From contig NC_081333.1 of the NCBI RefSeq assembly GCF_022539665.2, positions 12,710,001 to 12,774,000 on the forward strand: DNA of 64,000 bases. The letters run 5' to 3'. Below, in pieces: positions 49,256 to 60,940 of the stretch. The stretch comes from Daphnia carinata. Its lineage: Eukaryota. The translations under genes and the position numbers were made by a program. The notes below the pieces were generated by a model. That model made no database searches. It was not told where the DNA came from and was given only the letters and a program-made list of their open reading frames with translations. Numbering within the stretch: position 1 is the first letter of the stretch; every line of letters starts with the position of its first letter.

Positions 49256-51285
49256 TGGGAGTTTGTGTTGTTCTTTATTAATAGAAACTTAGTCAAGTAT
49301 AAGTAAGTGAAGAAGATCCCCCCCTGTTCCCATAAAAACTAGCGGAAGAGGAAGAAAAAAAAAAAAAAAAAACTAATCGATGATGAGACATACTTGACTA
49401 TGTATTATTATATATATAGATTGATCAGCGATGGGCTCTTTAAATTTCATTGTCCGTATGGTTGTTGCAGCTCAAAATGATTGACGGCCGGCTATAGGAA
49501 ATTTCATTCCAGCAATGCAACGGAGATGGAGCGCATCATTTCGACTGGAACTAAAACATATCGACTAGACGGTCGATCTGGATGAACTGATGCGTCGTTG
49601 CTATTGTGATGGAGTCGCCGCGGGGGCCGTAAAATATCGAAGGGGGGTTGTTCTCAATTCATTTATCAATGATTCTATTACCACAGCGGGCGGCATCGTT
49701 TCTGTCCGATAAAAAAGGAAAGAAAGGCAAGCAGGAGGGATTGGCTATTGAAAAACGAGGAAGAAGAAAACGAAACAGAAAAGAAAAAAAAAAAAATGAA
49801 ACGATAATAGCCTGTCATGTACAAATAATCATAAGGGATATACATATGTATGTGGTATGTACGGGTTTAATTCAATTTACGATGAACTCCCATCAAACCG
49901 TCAATCATAATGCCATCCGTGCGCCGTGTCCCGGCTAAAAAGCTCTGGATTGTTTGTTTTACGGGGGTTTTACCGGTAATTGGATTGCCAGCCAGCGGCT
50001 TATTGTTCTTCATCCGGTAATGTACGCCCCAGCTAAATCCATTCAATAAATCCGAACAATATTCGTTATACGAAGCCTATATGTAATAATATGTACGAAC
50101 TAATACCCGCTAAGTCAACATATATTTTTCCTATTCTAGTCTTTCAATCGATCTCATACTCCCGATTCTATACTTCTATTCATTCATTTGTTTTGTTTTT
50201 TTCCCCATTTTATTTAGTTTAAACATGTTTTTTGCGGTTTCCTTTGTTTTGAAATTTTCTGATGGCTAAAATCCAATGCAGGTTTATCAACGCCATTGAC
50301 TTCCACATCAATCCCTTCGCCATTCTTCTTGACTCATCAGCATCCGCATCAAGCGGCCATCCGTTTGGCTGCTGTGGCAGCCCGGCGTCATCGCCACATG
50401 CCCATTTTGCATCAACAGGCGACCAGAAAAGGCGGCCAAATCCGTTTTACTCACCGCCAAAGTCATTGCTTGGAAGAGACCTTCAGTTCGACCCGTTATT
50501 TAACGCCCGGCCAACGCAGAGCGCTGGCCAATAAACTTTCACTTAGCGAACGTCAGGTAAAGCTCTACTTCCAATTCCAGTTGCATCACATGACTAAACA
50601 AATCATTTTGAAAAAAAAAAATATATAAAGGTGAAAACGTGGTTCCAAAATCGACGAGCCAAGTGGCGCCGAAGTCGCAAGGTATGGTGTCCCTTATTTT
50701 CAATTAAATCCTTTGGTAGTCGATGAAACATTTGAGTCCTACGCGTTATCCTTATGAGTTACCTTATACGTTTCCTGCTCCTACGTTTACACCCCAAAAG
50801 AATGAAGATACTATTTAAAAACAAACGGCATAACCTAATAGCATCGAGTAACTTCACAGGATATGACAAGTCAACCGTTAATAAGTTCACGTCTTATTAC
50901 GTGTAACGTCTTATTACGTGTTGCGTAACATGATCTGTTGTGAGCCAGCTAGTATTCGTTGATTTAAAATAAGTTACCCAGTTTTTCACCTTCTTTTTGA
51001 AGTAGGTTAATAGCCAATTATAGCCTAGGCTTTATACCGCCTTTGTTTGCGCTTACTCTTGTTATTCAATTCCAGGAAATAATTTTCAGAATGATAACGA
51101 TAACTTCTTCGCTTTCATTATAACAGGGAGAAAAGCTTTTGATGAACGTGTTACCGAAAATCGATAACCAGGCGACAATCGACGTCTTTGACGACGAAGA
51201 GGAGGAAGACGACGACGAGTTGGAGTTTAGTAGCGAAGACGAGAAGAAGAAGCCAACTGCGATCAACAACAAGCACAAACAGTAG
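48761..51285 (+). CDS. Hhex: Hhex/PRH homeobox transcription factor; exons 48761-49178, 50282-50556, 50631-50681, 51127-51285
   Basis: Homeodomain RKGGQIRFTHRQSHCLEETFSSTRYLTPGQRRALANKLSLSERQ|VKTWFQNRRAKWRR has the Hhex hallmarks RKGGQ(V/I)RF and VKTWFQNRRAKWRR. N-terminal EH1-like SFTIDHIL and an acidic C-terminus DDEEEEDDDELEFSSEDE. Splice phases are consistent; the last-exon acceptor is the least certain. A pyrimidine-rich acceptor at 48751 suggests an untranslated upstream exon. Confidence 0.9.
49225..49251. repeat. (CT)n microsatellite in Hhex intron 1
   Basis: Uninterrupted CT run just after the 49179 donor. Confidence 0.9.
50889..50921. repeat. Short tandem duplication (acgtcttattacgtgt x2) in Hhex intron 3
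   Basis: Two adjacent copies separated by one base. Confidence 0.85.
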
Positions 51286-52418
51286 TCAATTGGATTTTCA
51301 GGTTCAACTGATGACATCCAACAGAGAAGTGTGTGCTGACTCCGAAGGTGAACGCAACCACTTCACGCTAAACGGAACCCCATGACTTCGGGGGACAGAG
51401 AAACGATTAGAAGGCACTTTTTCTTTCTTAAATGCGGCATGGCAAATCTCCACGTCGTTTCACTCCGGCCATGTCGCCCTTCTATATAGAAACAGTGTCG
51501 TATGCGAAGCTCTTCGGAGGACCAGTATAAATAAGGCTACCATATATCGGCCTGCTGAAAACACGAGAATGGCTTCAGTTGTATCGTACAAGACGACGGT
51601 GGGGGAGAAAGCCACCACCAGTCAAACTGATAGAAGACCTAGTTGTGTCATGTGTAACGGGTAAAACCTGTTTTTTTTTGTATTTTTATTTTTTTGCATG
51701 AGAGTTGTCGTAAAAGCTCAAACAGCTTTTACACTCGAAAATAAACACGAGGTATTGCCTCCCCGCTACTCACGCCCACCCAACTTATCACTCTCAACAA
51801 GGCTTCCATATTTACCCTATTATAAACCCTGTACAGACGTATTCAAATAGTGATCAATGTCAATTTTGAAAAGATCATCTGTGATAATTGTATTCGTTAA
51901 TACATGTTTCAAACAACATATTTTGCAACGTCTACTCACTGCATTTTCATTTATTTCTGCATTTACATTGCGTTCGCAGCTGCCATAAAAATTGAATCAC
52001 GCCTATTCGATTCAGAAGAAATATGTGATTCATTTTGCTAGTGGATTGAAATTTTTTATCATTTCGTTAAGAAAAAAAGTATCCCTTTGCGATCCCTTTG
52101 CGATTCGGTTTGAGTGGTTTTATATGGCAATCCGTTTTACCCAAAACAAAAATAAAAAGCATTGGCCTTTTTTTTCTGTTTCACTGCTATCGCCATCTAT
52201 CTGTCACGTTTCTAGTTAATTCTCTACATACACTGACCGAAAAAAATTTTAAGCCTGATTAAATAAGCCCGACTAAATGAGCCCGACTTTCTGTTTTTTA
52301 CGGTTAATTCAAAAAGTAGAAGCCTGATATAAAATTATACCCCATTTTCGTGATCAGCGATCAATTTCGAATCGGAATAATGTATTTTTAATGAAATCTA
52401 GGATTTGAAGAAAATTGT

Positions 52419-52450
52419 AAAAGTGAGAAGGCTATAGCCTTCTCACTTTT
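52419..52450. repeat. Perfect 32-bp palindrome at the centre of the left arm
   Basis: aaaagtgagaaggcta|tagccttctcactttt is its own reverse complement. Confidence 0.97.
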
Positions 52451-53242
52451 TCAATTTTGGCAAAATTTTAGATTTCGCTTTAAATACATGGTTTCGATGC
52501 AGAATTGAACCAGCGTCACGTATATGAGGGCTGTTTTCTCGTGGGACTCATAGTTTTTGAATAAAACGTAAAAAACGGTGAAGTTGGGTCGAAAAAATAA
52601 GCCCGGGCTTATATTGTCGGGCTTGAATTTTTTTCCTATTAAAAAACAATAGCATTAAATCTAAATAACTATAGATAACTCTGATTCAAAATTTAACAAG
52701 GAACACGAAAATGAAATTTGTTTTTACGTAGCGTTAATGGTTTTTGAATTATCAAAGAAGTTTGATGTGTCACCCTAGCGCTGTAGCGTACTGGCGCGCT
52801 AGTAATGGTTTCGATTCGCCCACGCACTAATTTTTTATTTTAGATTATTCCGATTTGAAATTGATCACTAACCACGAAAATGGGGTATATTTTAATATTA
52901 GGCTTCTACTTTTTTAATTAACCGTAAAATTATTACTCAGATTACTCCAAAACTATAAGCTCTACGTAAAAACAAATTCAATTTTCGTGCTCCTTGGTTA
53001 ATTTTGAATCAGAATCATCTATAGTTATCTAGATTTAATGCTATTGTTTTTTAATAGCAAAAAAATTTAAGCCCGACAATATAAGCCCGGGCTTATTTTT
53101 TAACCCAATTTTTACCGTTTTTTACGTTTTATGCAAAAACTATGAGTCCCACGAGAAAACAGCTCTAATATTCGTGATGCCCGTTCAATTCTGCATCGAA
53201 ACCATGTATTTAAAGCGAAATCTAAAATTTTGCCAAAATTGA

Positions 53243-53274
53243 AAAAGTGAGAAGGCTATAGCCTTCTCACTTTT
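53243..53274. repeat. Perfect 32-bp palindrome at the centre of the right arm
   Basis: Identical sequence aaaagtgagaaggctatagccttctcactttt. Confidence 0.97.
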
Positions 53275-54150
53275 ACAATTTTCTTCAAATCCTAGATTTC
53301 ATTTAAAAAACATTATTCCGATTCGAAATTGATCGCTGATCACGAAAATGGGGTATATTTTTATATCAGGCTTCTACTTTTTGAATTAACCGTAAAAAAC
53401 AGAAAGTCGGACTTATTTAGTCGGGCTACAAAAATATTTCGATCAGTGAGAGAATTAACTAGAAACCTGACCGTTAGATGGCGATAGCAGTAAAACAGAA
53501 AAAAAAGGTCAATATCTTTTATTTTGGGTAAAACGGATTGCCATATGCCATAAATATTTTTTATTTTTGTTTTGGGTAAAACGGATTGCCATACTTAAGC
53601 TGCAAAAGCTCGTCGTAACTGTTGCACCTGTCATAATTACCACTGTCTGGTATATACATACAGCCTGGAATAGTTTGACGATTTTTTAAAATATCTTTTT
53701 GGTTTTTTTTCACGAAGTCACACATCTCATATTTTAGCGCTTAAAATGGATAGGGATTGCTTAGGTTGTAGGCTTATCAGTGGTTCAGGTACAAATTACA
53801 CTACAGTGAAATGTATTTATGTGAATTTTCTTTTTTAACAGTATATAAGTCACAGGTTTGATTGGAGCAGCTGCATATATTGCACACCATTCCAATAAAT
53901 CACAACATAAGTGGAGCCGAATTGTTATGCAACTTGTCAGCATTGGTATGATTTTTTTTTTCAGTTTTCAGTAGCTGGCATTGCAAGATTTTCTCCTTCC
54001 CTAGGATTTGCATCAGTAGGTTCAGCAAGACTTCTGAATATATACCCATTTAACATCACTCACAACAGCAAGCATTGAGAATCCAAATAAGAGAACAGGG
54101 ATGGTTGAAAAGATTCATAAATGTGTCATATTGGCCAGGAGAAAATACAC

Positions 54151-54991
54151 TCAATATCCAACTTTACCAAGCTTAGTGTCAGTTTTAGGATTAGCTGTTA
54201 AGGCTTGTACACATACAAGACATTCATTAATTCTGGTTTGGAGCTCTCTTAGGTCATGGATGAACAGATAACGAAGGAGATTAGCAGCATTGCTAACATT
54301 AGGAGACTTTAAGTCCAAGCCAAAGCTGATGTTATCAAACTGAACAGGATTTCCAAGGTCTCGTGCTATTGAAGAGGCTTTCAAGGCATCTTTGCTGAAC
54401 TTTTCTTGGATCAAATTACAAACACCTTCTAATGTCATAAGATGATCAGGATGCCTTGGCACTTGAAGTATGTTAGCCAAATCATTGACTCCAGATTTGA
54501 AACTGTCACTCTCAACTACACATAAAGAATATTAGTAAGAAGGATACATATAAATTATACAAGTTCTTACAGTCTAAGTTGTCAAGTGGGTTCAGTTTCT
54601 GATGAATTGGTTCCTGAGTCTTTGGATTAGCATTGTAACTTTCTGGGTTTTCGTTGTACTCAAGCTGTACTGCTAGCCCAAGAAGCCAATCTAAAATTTC
54701 AGGCCTTGTTCCTTTTGGGAAAGGGCAATCAAGGTCAGTCATATATTGCACAAAAGCTAGATTCCACTGTATAGCAGTTGTGTTTCTAAGTAGTTCTCTG
54801 TCTTCAATCTTATAACGGCGGATTTTTTGATCTTCCAGCCACACGATTGTGCTTCGAAATTGATTTTCATCTAGAAAGTATGATCTGTTAACTGTGGAAA
54901 AGAAAATAAACAATTTTAAAGAACATATACCGGCTGTGTTTAAAGTATCCGGATTAGGGAAGCCAAGAGCTTGCAATTTACGCTTGAACAT
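54151..54991 (-). CDS. RTRAF: RTRAF/C14orf166 (CGI-99), tRNA-ligase complex subunit; exons 54991-54931, 54870-54571, 54515-54151
   Basis: MFKRKLQAL..., VWLEDQKIRRYKIEDR, DWLLGLAVQLEY, PLDNLDF, LRELQTRINE and TANPKTDTKLGKVG match the family. Two short GT-AG introns, both phase 1. Confidence 0.93.
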
Positions 54992-55536
54992 TTTGAACAG
55001 ATCTGAGTTTAAAAATTTGGAGGCCTAGAATGTTTGAAAAGAAGTTCACAGTATTTTATCCAGTTGTTTCTTAGTTATTCGAAATAAGAAATAATTGATA
55101 TGATATGATAAAAAACGAAATAAACGTACTAAACGCGTAAACAGGTTATCGGAATCGTTGTGCTAGAAAATTCGTCTGCTGGTTTCCATTGCCAAATTAG
55201 AAAAAAACTTTCTGCTTAATCATTTACGATCTACGAATTACGAAACTTTGATTAGTCGATTACTAGGACTGGAAATTTGAAAATGAGTAAGTTTGAAACA
55301 TTGAAACATTAAACGTTAAAATTCTTTCCCGCTTTTTTTCACAGCAAACCGTCTATTAACTTATGAGATCAACACCATTAAAAAAAGGATAAACGACTAA
55401 CGAGGTAACGACATAAAATAAAACAATTACCAGTAGGTTTCTAAGGTTGCTACATAATACTGTTGACGAAATACGGAGAGGAAAAATCACAACAAACGTT
55501 GTTAAATACTGAACATGGGCGATAACCGGTTAGATT

Positions 55537-57330
55537 TTAAGGGGACGGCATGCAGTTTAGACGCTCAAAAGCAGCTTTCTCCAGTTCTTCTCGATGATCC
55601 GGATGGGCGATGCGAATTAGTTCGAATGCGCGTTGGCGCAAGTTTTTACCGAACAAATTTGTATAACCGTATTCGGTTACAACATAATGGACGTGCGCAC
55701 GGGTGGTAACAATTCCAGCTCCTATTTTCGTAGTAACGTAGATTAAACATTGGGTTTGAAAAACGTTATTAAACGGTAGAATTCAATGAGCTGTAATACC
55801 TTGTTTCAAAAATGGAACAATTTTGGATTCGCCCTTTTTGGTGCTAGACGGTAATGCCAAAATTGGCTTACCACCATCTGGACAAATAGCTGCTCCACGT
55901 AGAAAATCAACCTGTCCACCGACACCTAGTAAATCCATAATTACTGCTTAAAATTTTCTATTAAAGGCCTCTTTGATAAACGTCTTACCAGAATACATTC
56001 TAGTTCCAATGGAGTCGCTTACAACTTGACCGGTTAAATCAATCTCGATGCACGAATTGATGGCTGTAACCTTGGGATTTTGAGCGATCAATGAAGACGA
56101 ATTAACCCATTGGACGTCACCCATAACTGCAAGTTAATGTTGAAAGCTCTTTGTTAATAAAGAATTCTACGTGAGTATGCGAATTGAGTACCTATGAATG
56201 GGTTGTTGTCAAGAAAATCGTAAAGCCTTCGGGACCCCAGACAGAAACTACCCACAATCTTGCCAGGTAGTATCTTTTTTTGGGCATTAGTGATGCAACC
56301 AGCTTCAACTAAATCCACCACACCATCACTAAACATTTCCGAGTGTATTCCCAGATCGGTATGGCTCTTTAGCGACGAAAGTACGGCGTCAGGGATATTC
56401 CCAATACCTGGATAATTCAACTGAGAAATAAAGAAAAGAACTCACTTTTGTAGCAAACAAAGAAAAAAGAAAGCTACCCATTTGTAGCGTGGCCCCATTA
56501 TCAACCAGATTGTCGGCAATCAATCGACCAATTGCGTTTTCGATTGGACTGATTTTTGCTGGAGGTCTTTGTGGAAGCTCTTCATCTACGTTGACGATGC
56601 AGTCCAAATGGGAAACGTGGATTGTCCCATCACCAAAGGTTCTCGGAATTTTTGGATTAATTTGGCCTATGATGTACTTGGCATTTTTTACGGCAGACCG
56701 CGTCACGTCCACACTGGGACCAAAGCTGCAGAAACCATGCTGATCAGGCGGAGAAACCTAAAAATAACACTCTCACTTAAGTTCTCATTATATTGTTGTA
56801 ATAGTTATTTTCTTACATTGATTAGGGCAACATCTAGTTGAATGATCTTCCGCTGAAACAACAGTGGTATCTCAGAGAGAAAGATGGGTACAAAATCAGC
56901 CCTACCAGTGTTGACTGCCTCCCTAGCATTGGCACCAATGAAGAAGGAATTATCACGGAATATGCCTGAAAAAAAAAAAAGATTGATACCATTTATGCAA
57001 ACACAATTGCAAGAATATTGAGGTGTTGAGTTTACCACTGTACTCTGGTTTCAAGTACTCCATTGCTCCTTCAATATGGATGTGACATACTGTGACTCTC
57101 TCCAGTCTATTTTGCTTTCCATGGTTAGCTAATGCAGCTAGAAGCTTTGATGGAGTAGCTGCTGCGCTGTGAACAAAAATGTTGTCACCAGACTTGACAA
57201 CCTTTATGGCATCTTCTGCAGAAGCAGTGATTGGTGCTCGTGGCAATGGATGAAACGGTTCAGTAGCATAAGTATAATACTTCCTTATAATTTCATTTTT
57301 AAATCTTCTAAAAACACCGCTAAGATGCAT
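55537..57330 (-). CDS. Acetyl-CoA hydrolase/transferase family protein (4-hydroxybutyrate CoA-transferase-like); exons 57330-57036, 56965-56817, 56757-56478, 56407-56192, 56126-55989, 55925-55800, 55721-55537
   Basis: Motifs GRADFVPIFLSEIP, VSPPDQHGFCSFG, GATLQMGIGNIPDAV, LGIHSEMFSDG, SGVGGQVDFLRGA, TTRAHVHYVVTEYG and LIRIAHPDHRE. Six short GT-AG introns keep the frame. Confidence 0.92.
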
Positions 57331-58618
57331 TGTTATGATCACACGATTCACTATGGACGTCGTTAACAAAAAATGTTTGACTAGTTAAAGATCTAGGGTC
57401 TATGTGATACTACGAATTACTACAAGAATGGAACGAGATAAAAGCTAAACAGTGAGGTAAAACCAACAACGGAAGTTCTGACTAGTAAAATTTCAAAATA
57501 ATCTGTGTTCTCGGAGGCGAACCTTTGTCATTTATATAGTCACGTAGCTGTGAAAGGTTATTAAGCAGCCGGCTGATCTATTTCGAGGCCTTCACGTTTG
57601 TTTACGTCGTGGCTTGTTTCCATTAACGCTAGATGCCACTTTCTTGCAGCGGTTTTTCGATTTTTTCGATTTTCTTCAGCCCGCTTTTTTATAAATTAAT
57701 TTTCCACGAGTTCGCAAAAAACCCCACTTTTTCAGGCTATTAATTAGGCACTTGTTATTGTTTCACCATTGCTTGCTGGCACCATCTATAGGAAAAATCT
57801 TAAGTTGTAAATTACAACTTCTGATACAGACCCCCTAGTCTAGCTGCCTGTCTCCTCCCATTGTTCGTATTCGAAATTGATTGCCGATCACGGAGAACGG
57901 GCTTATTTTGACATCGAGCTAAATAAAATTTAAAAAAGCGAAGGGAAATACCTAAAAAATGATCGAGATGACTTGCGGAGTTGCCAAATAAACGGTCAAC
58001 CATGGAGGACAAGTTGTCTATACAAAAATGGGTCAAACGGCGTTCCGTACTGTGCTCACAATTAAAAGTCGTTTTATAAATTTAGATATCAATACATTCT
58101 TTTGGTGTTTCTGCATAAAAAAGGAATATAAGTTAGTGAATACAGTTCACTGTTTAATTTTACTTTAATGTACTTCCAAAATTATATTCTTGCCCCTTTT
58201 GACTGCAATAGTGACGATTTCAGCTGCAGCGCTTTATAACCCTGCGTTTCACGGTATATTAACGTTGTTGAAACATCTTCTAAGTGGGTCGGGGCAAGCT
58301 AGTGACTAAGGATTTTTCCTTAGTACAATAGGCGACTGAGTGTAGAATGAAACATGGTGCGCTGTAAAAGAGAGATCTGCTCACGCAGTACCTTTCATTA
58401 GACATTCTAGTCATGCAGCCGGCTCGAACAAGCAGTTGGTTTCACTGTGTTGCATGTGAGTCGTGGTAAGCGTCATGGAGCTGTATCGTCCGGATGGCCT
58501 AGTTCTGGAGGCAGATGCGGAATTGTCGATGATCATCTTCTGTGGTGGATGGTCCCCCATCCACTACTATGATATTCTATCATGGTGACACGTGACTATG
58601 TGAGAACAGTTCGGTCTG

Positions 58619-60940
58619 TCAGATCCAGCAAGGTTCAGATTCATCGGGGTCAGGTAACTGCTGAGAGCCGGGTGGGAGATACCCGGTAAACTCAAAAGAT
58701 CCTGTGGCGACTATTACGCTCACACTACGGTAGTCTAACTGTTGCGATTTAAGTTACACGAGCAAGTCCCTTCCCTTTTTTTCCCTCAAAGTATGGGGTA
58801 TATCAGGGTAAAAGTTCGTTATTAATTGTCAGTAAATTTAAAATTACAATCGAAATTTAAACACAATTACATCGATTTTACCCTCACTTGCTTACATTCA
58901 TAGCTATTCTTTCTTCATTCCGGATTTTCTTAAAGGAAAAAGAAAACATCGCCTATAAAAAAGGAAAAGAAAATTTCATTTTATGAATTAAATTTCGATA
59001 GCACATGACCTCACCCCTAATATAAGCAGTAGCAGTAGTGGAACAGACAGTTGCAAATCGGGTTTATGAAGGGTGGCGCCTCCCCACAGCGGACCCAGGA
59101 TCAATCCAGAGAACGTTGCAAGCCGACGGAATCCTTGTGCAATGCCTTAAAAATAGTAAACCTTTAAGTGTAAACTCGAGTTAAAAACTTAATTAAAGAA
59201 ACCTTGGACGCGAAGAGAGACGCATTTGGATAACAAGGATGTGGTACCAACGGCAGCAACAGGGAATCCAACGTACAGAAACATAACTCCTATTAGCAGG
59301 ACAGGCATCTTGTCCGTATCTCCTGCAAGGCGTTCAGTAAAGGGCAACTTCGCTTGATTACGCATGAAACGCACCGAGACAATATACCTGGCTGAATACG
59401 AGGGAGCCAAATGAGACACCAGGTGAAGCCGAGTATGTGCATCAACCAGCCAAATAGCACGAGATATGTATCGGTGGTCCATTTTGTCGTTACAGACACT
59501 AATAAATAGATTGCAATGGAAAAACCTCCTCCAACCTATGAGAAAACATCAAGGAGGTGATTTCTTAAAGATAGCTTCTTACAGTTTACCATATAAACTA
59601 AGCTGGTTTCGAAGCTGGTGTAGTCGAAAAGCCTTGAAAACAGGGGAGGAATTATAGTCTGTCAAAATCAAAAGAACTCATTCAGCAATTTGCAGCTATC
59701 ACGCGGAAAGAAAAAAAGACAATTACCTCTATAGAAACTTGACCAAAGAACAGTATTGCTGTCATACCGAATAGTACGACGGTATCGTCATGGAGAAATT
59801 CTGAAAAAAAAATTTAATAACAAATACGTTGAATATCTTTTTGTATAAAAAGGTTTTACCATTTATATAGGTTGAATATGTGGCAGGATGTGGGGCGGTC
59901 TCTCTATTGAAATTTTCTTCAATGAAATACCATCTACGGGCTGCAATGCTTGGCTGGTCATCCTCTTGGGCCAGAATCGTTTCACGGCTAGTACTCAGTT
60001 CTATCGAATGCCCATCCATAGATTCCCTTACATCCAAACCGTTGTGCTCTTTCCTTAGCATTTCGTACTTGTACTCGACATCAAGGTTCTGATACAAAGC
60101 AAGAACAAACATGAGGAAGCAAATCCACAGAACGGCCATAAAGAGTCCGGGTGCGTTAAATGGCTGCACGACAAGTGCACCACCGAACAAGGTGAAGTTG
60201 AAATACTCTAGAATGATCTGAAAACCTGGACCTATGAAACTCAAACAAGCGTATGAAATCGGCTGTAAATTAAACCTGAAAATCATTTACCGTACCAATG
60301 AGGAGTCCAACTTGTCTAAGGCCGCTGCACACAGATAAAACTGATGTCCTCTCCCTAGAAGAAGTTGTTCGACACACTTCTGCTAATAATGCTGCTCCTG
60401 CACCACTCCCCAAACCTAGAAAATAGAATTTACAGTCTAGCGCTTCTACTTAAATAGATGCCTTATTTGTACCGCAAAGGACGCGACCCATGATTACATA
60501 AACCACCGATCCACCAATTAGATACATTGTGTTTCCAAGAATCATGGCTAACACGGCAGTGACAACGATATTCTTTGTTTTCGACGGAAACGAGTCTGCA
60601 AGTCGTCCTCCAATCAATCCGGCAATGGCAGCAGAAGCACTGAAACCTTTAAAATACCATTAAATATCTGAACCAAACCTTAATCTGCAGATGGCGATGC
60701 GTTTTTCAACCTGACCTGAAACGGTGACACCCAGCAAATACTCTTGATTGGCTCCTAAAAACATCAAGTACCGCCAGGCTGTTGGTAAAATTATGGCTAC
60801 AAAAGGAAACAATTTGTTACGATAACTTACACAATTATAGTACAATGAATCATTTTTAAACTACCATTTTCTAATCCAGTCAAAAACAAATAACTTGCCA
60901 CAGTAGCAAAAGCTAGCACACGCTTTGTCCGAAATTGCAT
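58619..60940 (-). CDS. MFS transporter, MFSD8/CLN7-like, multi-exon; N-terminus and last exon less certain
   Basis: Spliced product begins MQFRTKRVLAFATVASYLFLTGLENAIILPTAWRYL...LIGGRLAD, then GRVLCGLGSG, RQVGLLIGPGFQ, FNAPGLFMAVLW and QGFRRLATFSGLILGPLWGG. Many hydrophobic segments and short GT-AG introns. A phase-0 last exon 58738-58619 ends in TGA. Confidence 0.8.

Larger units (their letters stand above)
52122..53593. mobile_element. Non-autonomous foldback/MITE-like element with ~0.6 kb inverted arms and no coding capacity
   Basis: 52122-~52753 reads as the reverse complement of ~52940-53546 (e.g. atatggcaatccgttttacccaaaa / ttttgggtaaaacggattgccatat). A second copy of the right terminus ends at 53593. 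Repeated (a/g)agcccgac motifs occur in the arms. No long ORF. Confidence 0.8.

Noticed and set aside
52260..53430. Repeated motifs considered as a CRISPR array or prokaryotic system
   Set aside because: Repeats are inverted and irregular with no unique spacers or cas genes; the context is clearly eukaryotic.
58659..58695. Hammerhead-ribozyme-like ctgaga-gccgggt...acccggt-aaa
   Set aside because: Lacks the conserved GAAA and a convincing stem I/III, and lies antisense to the predicted last MFS exon.
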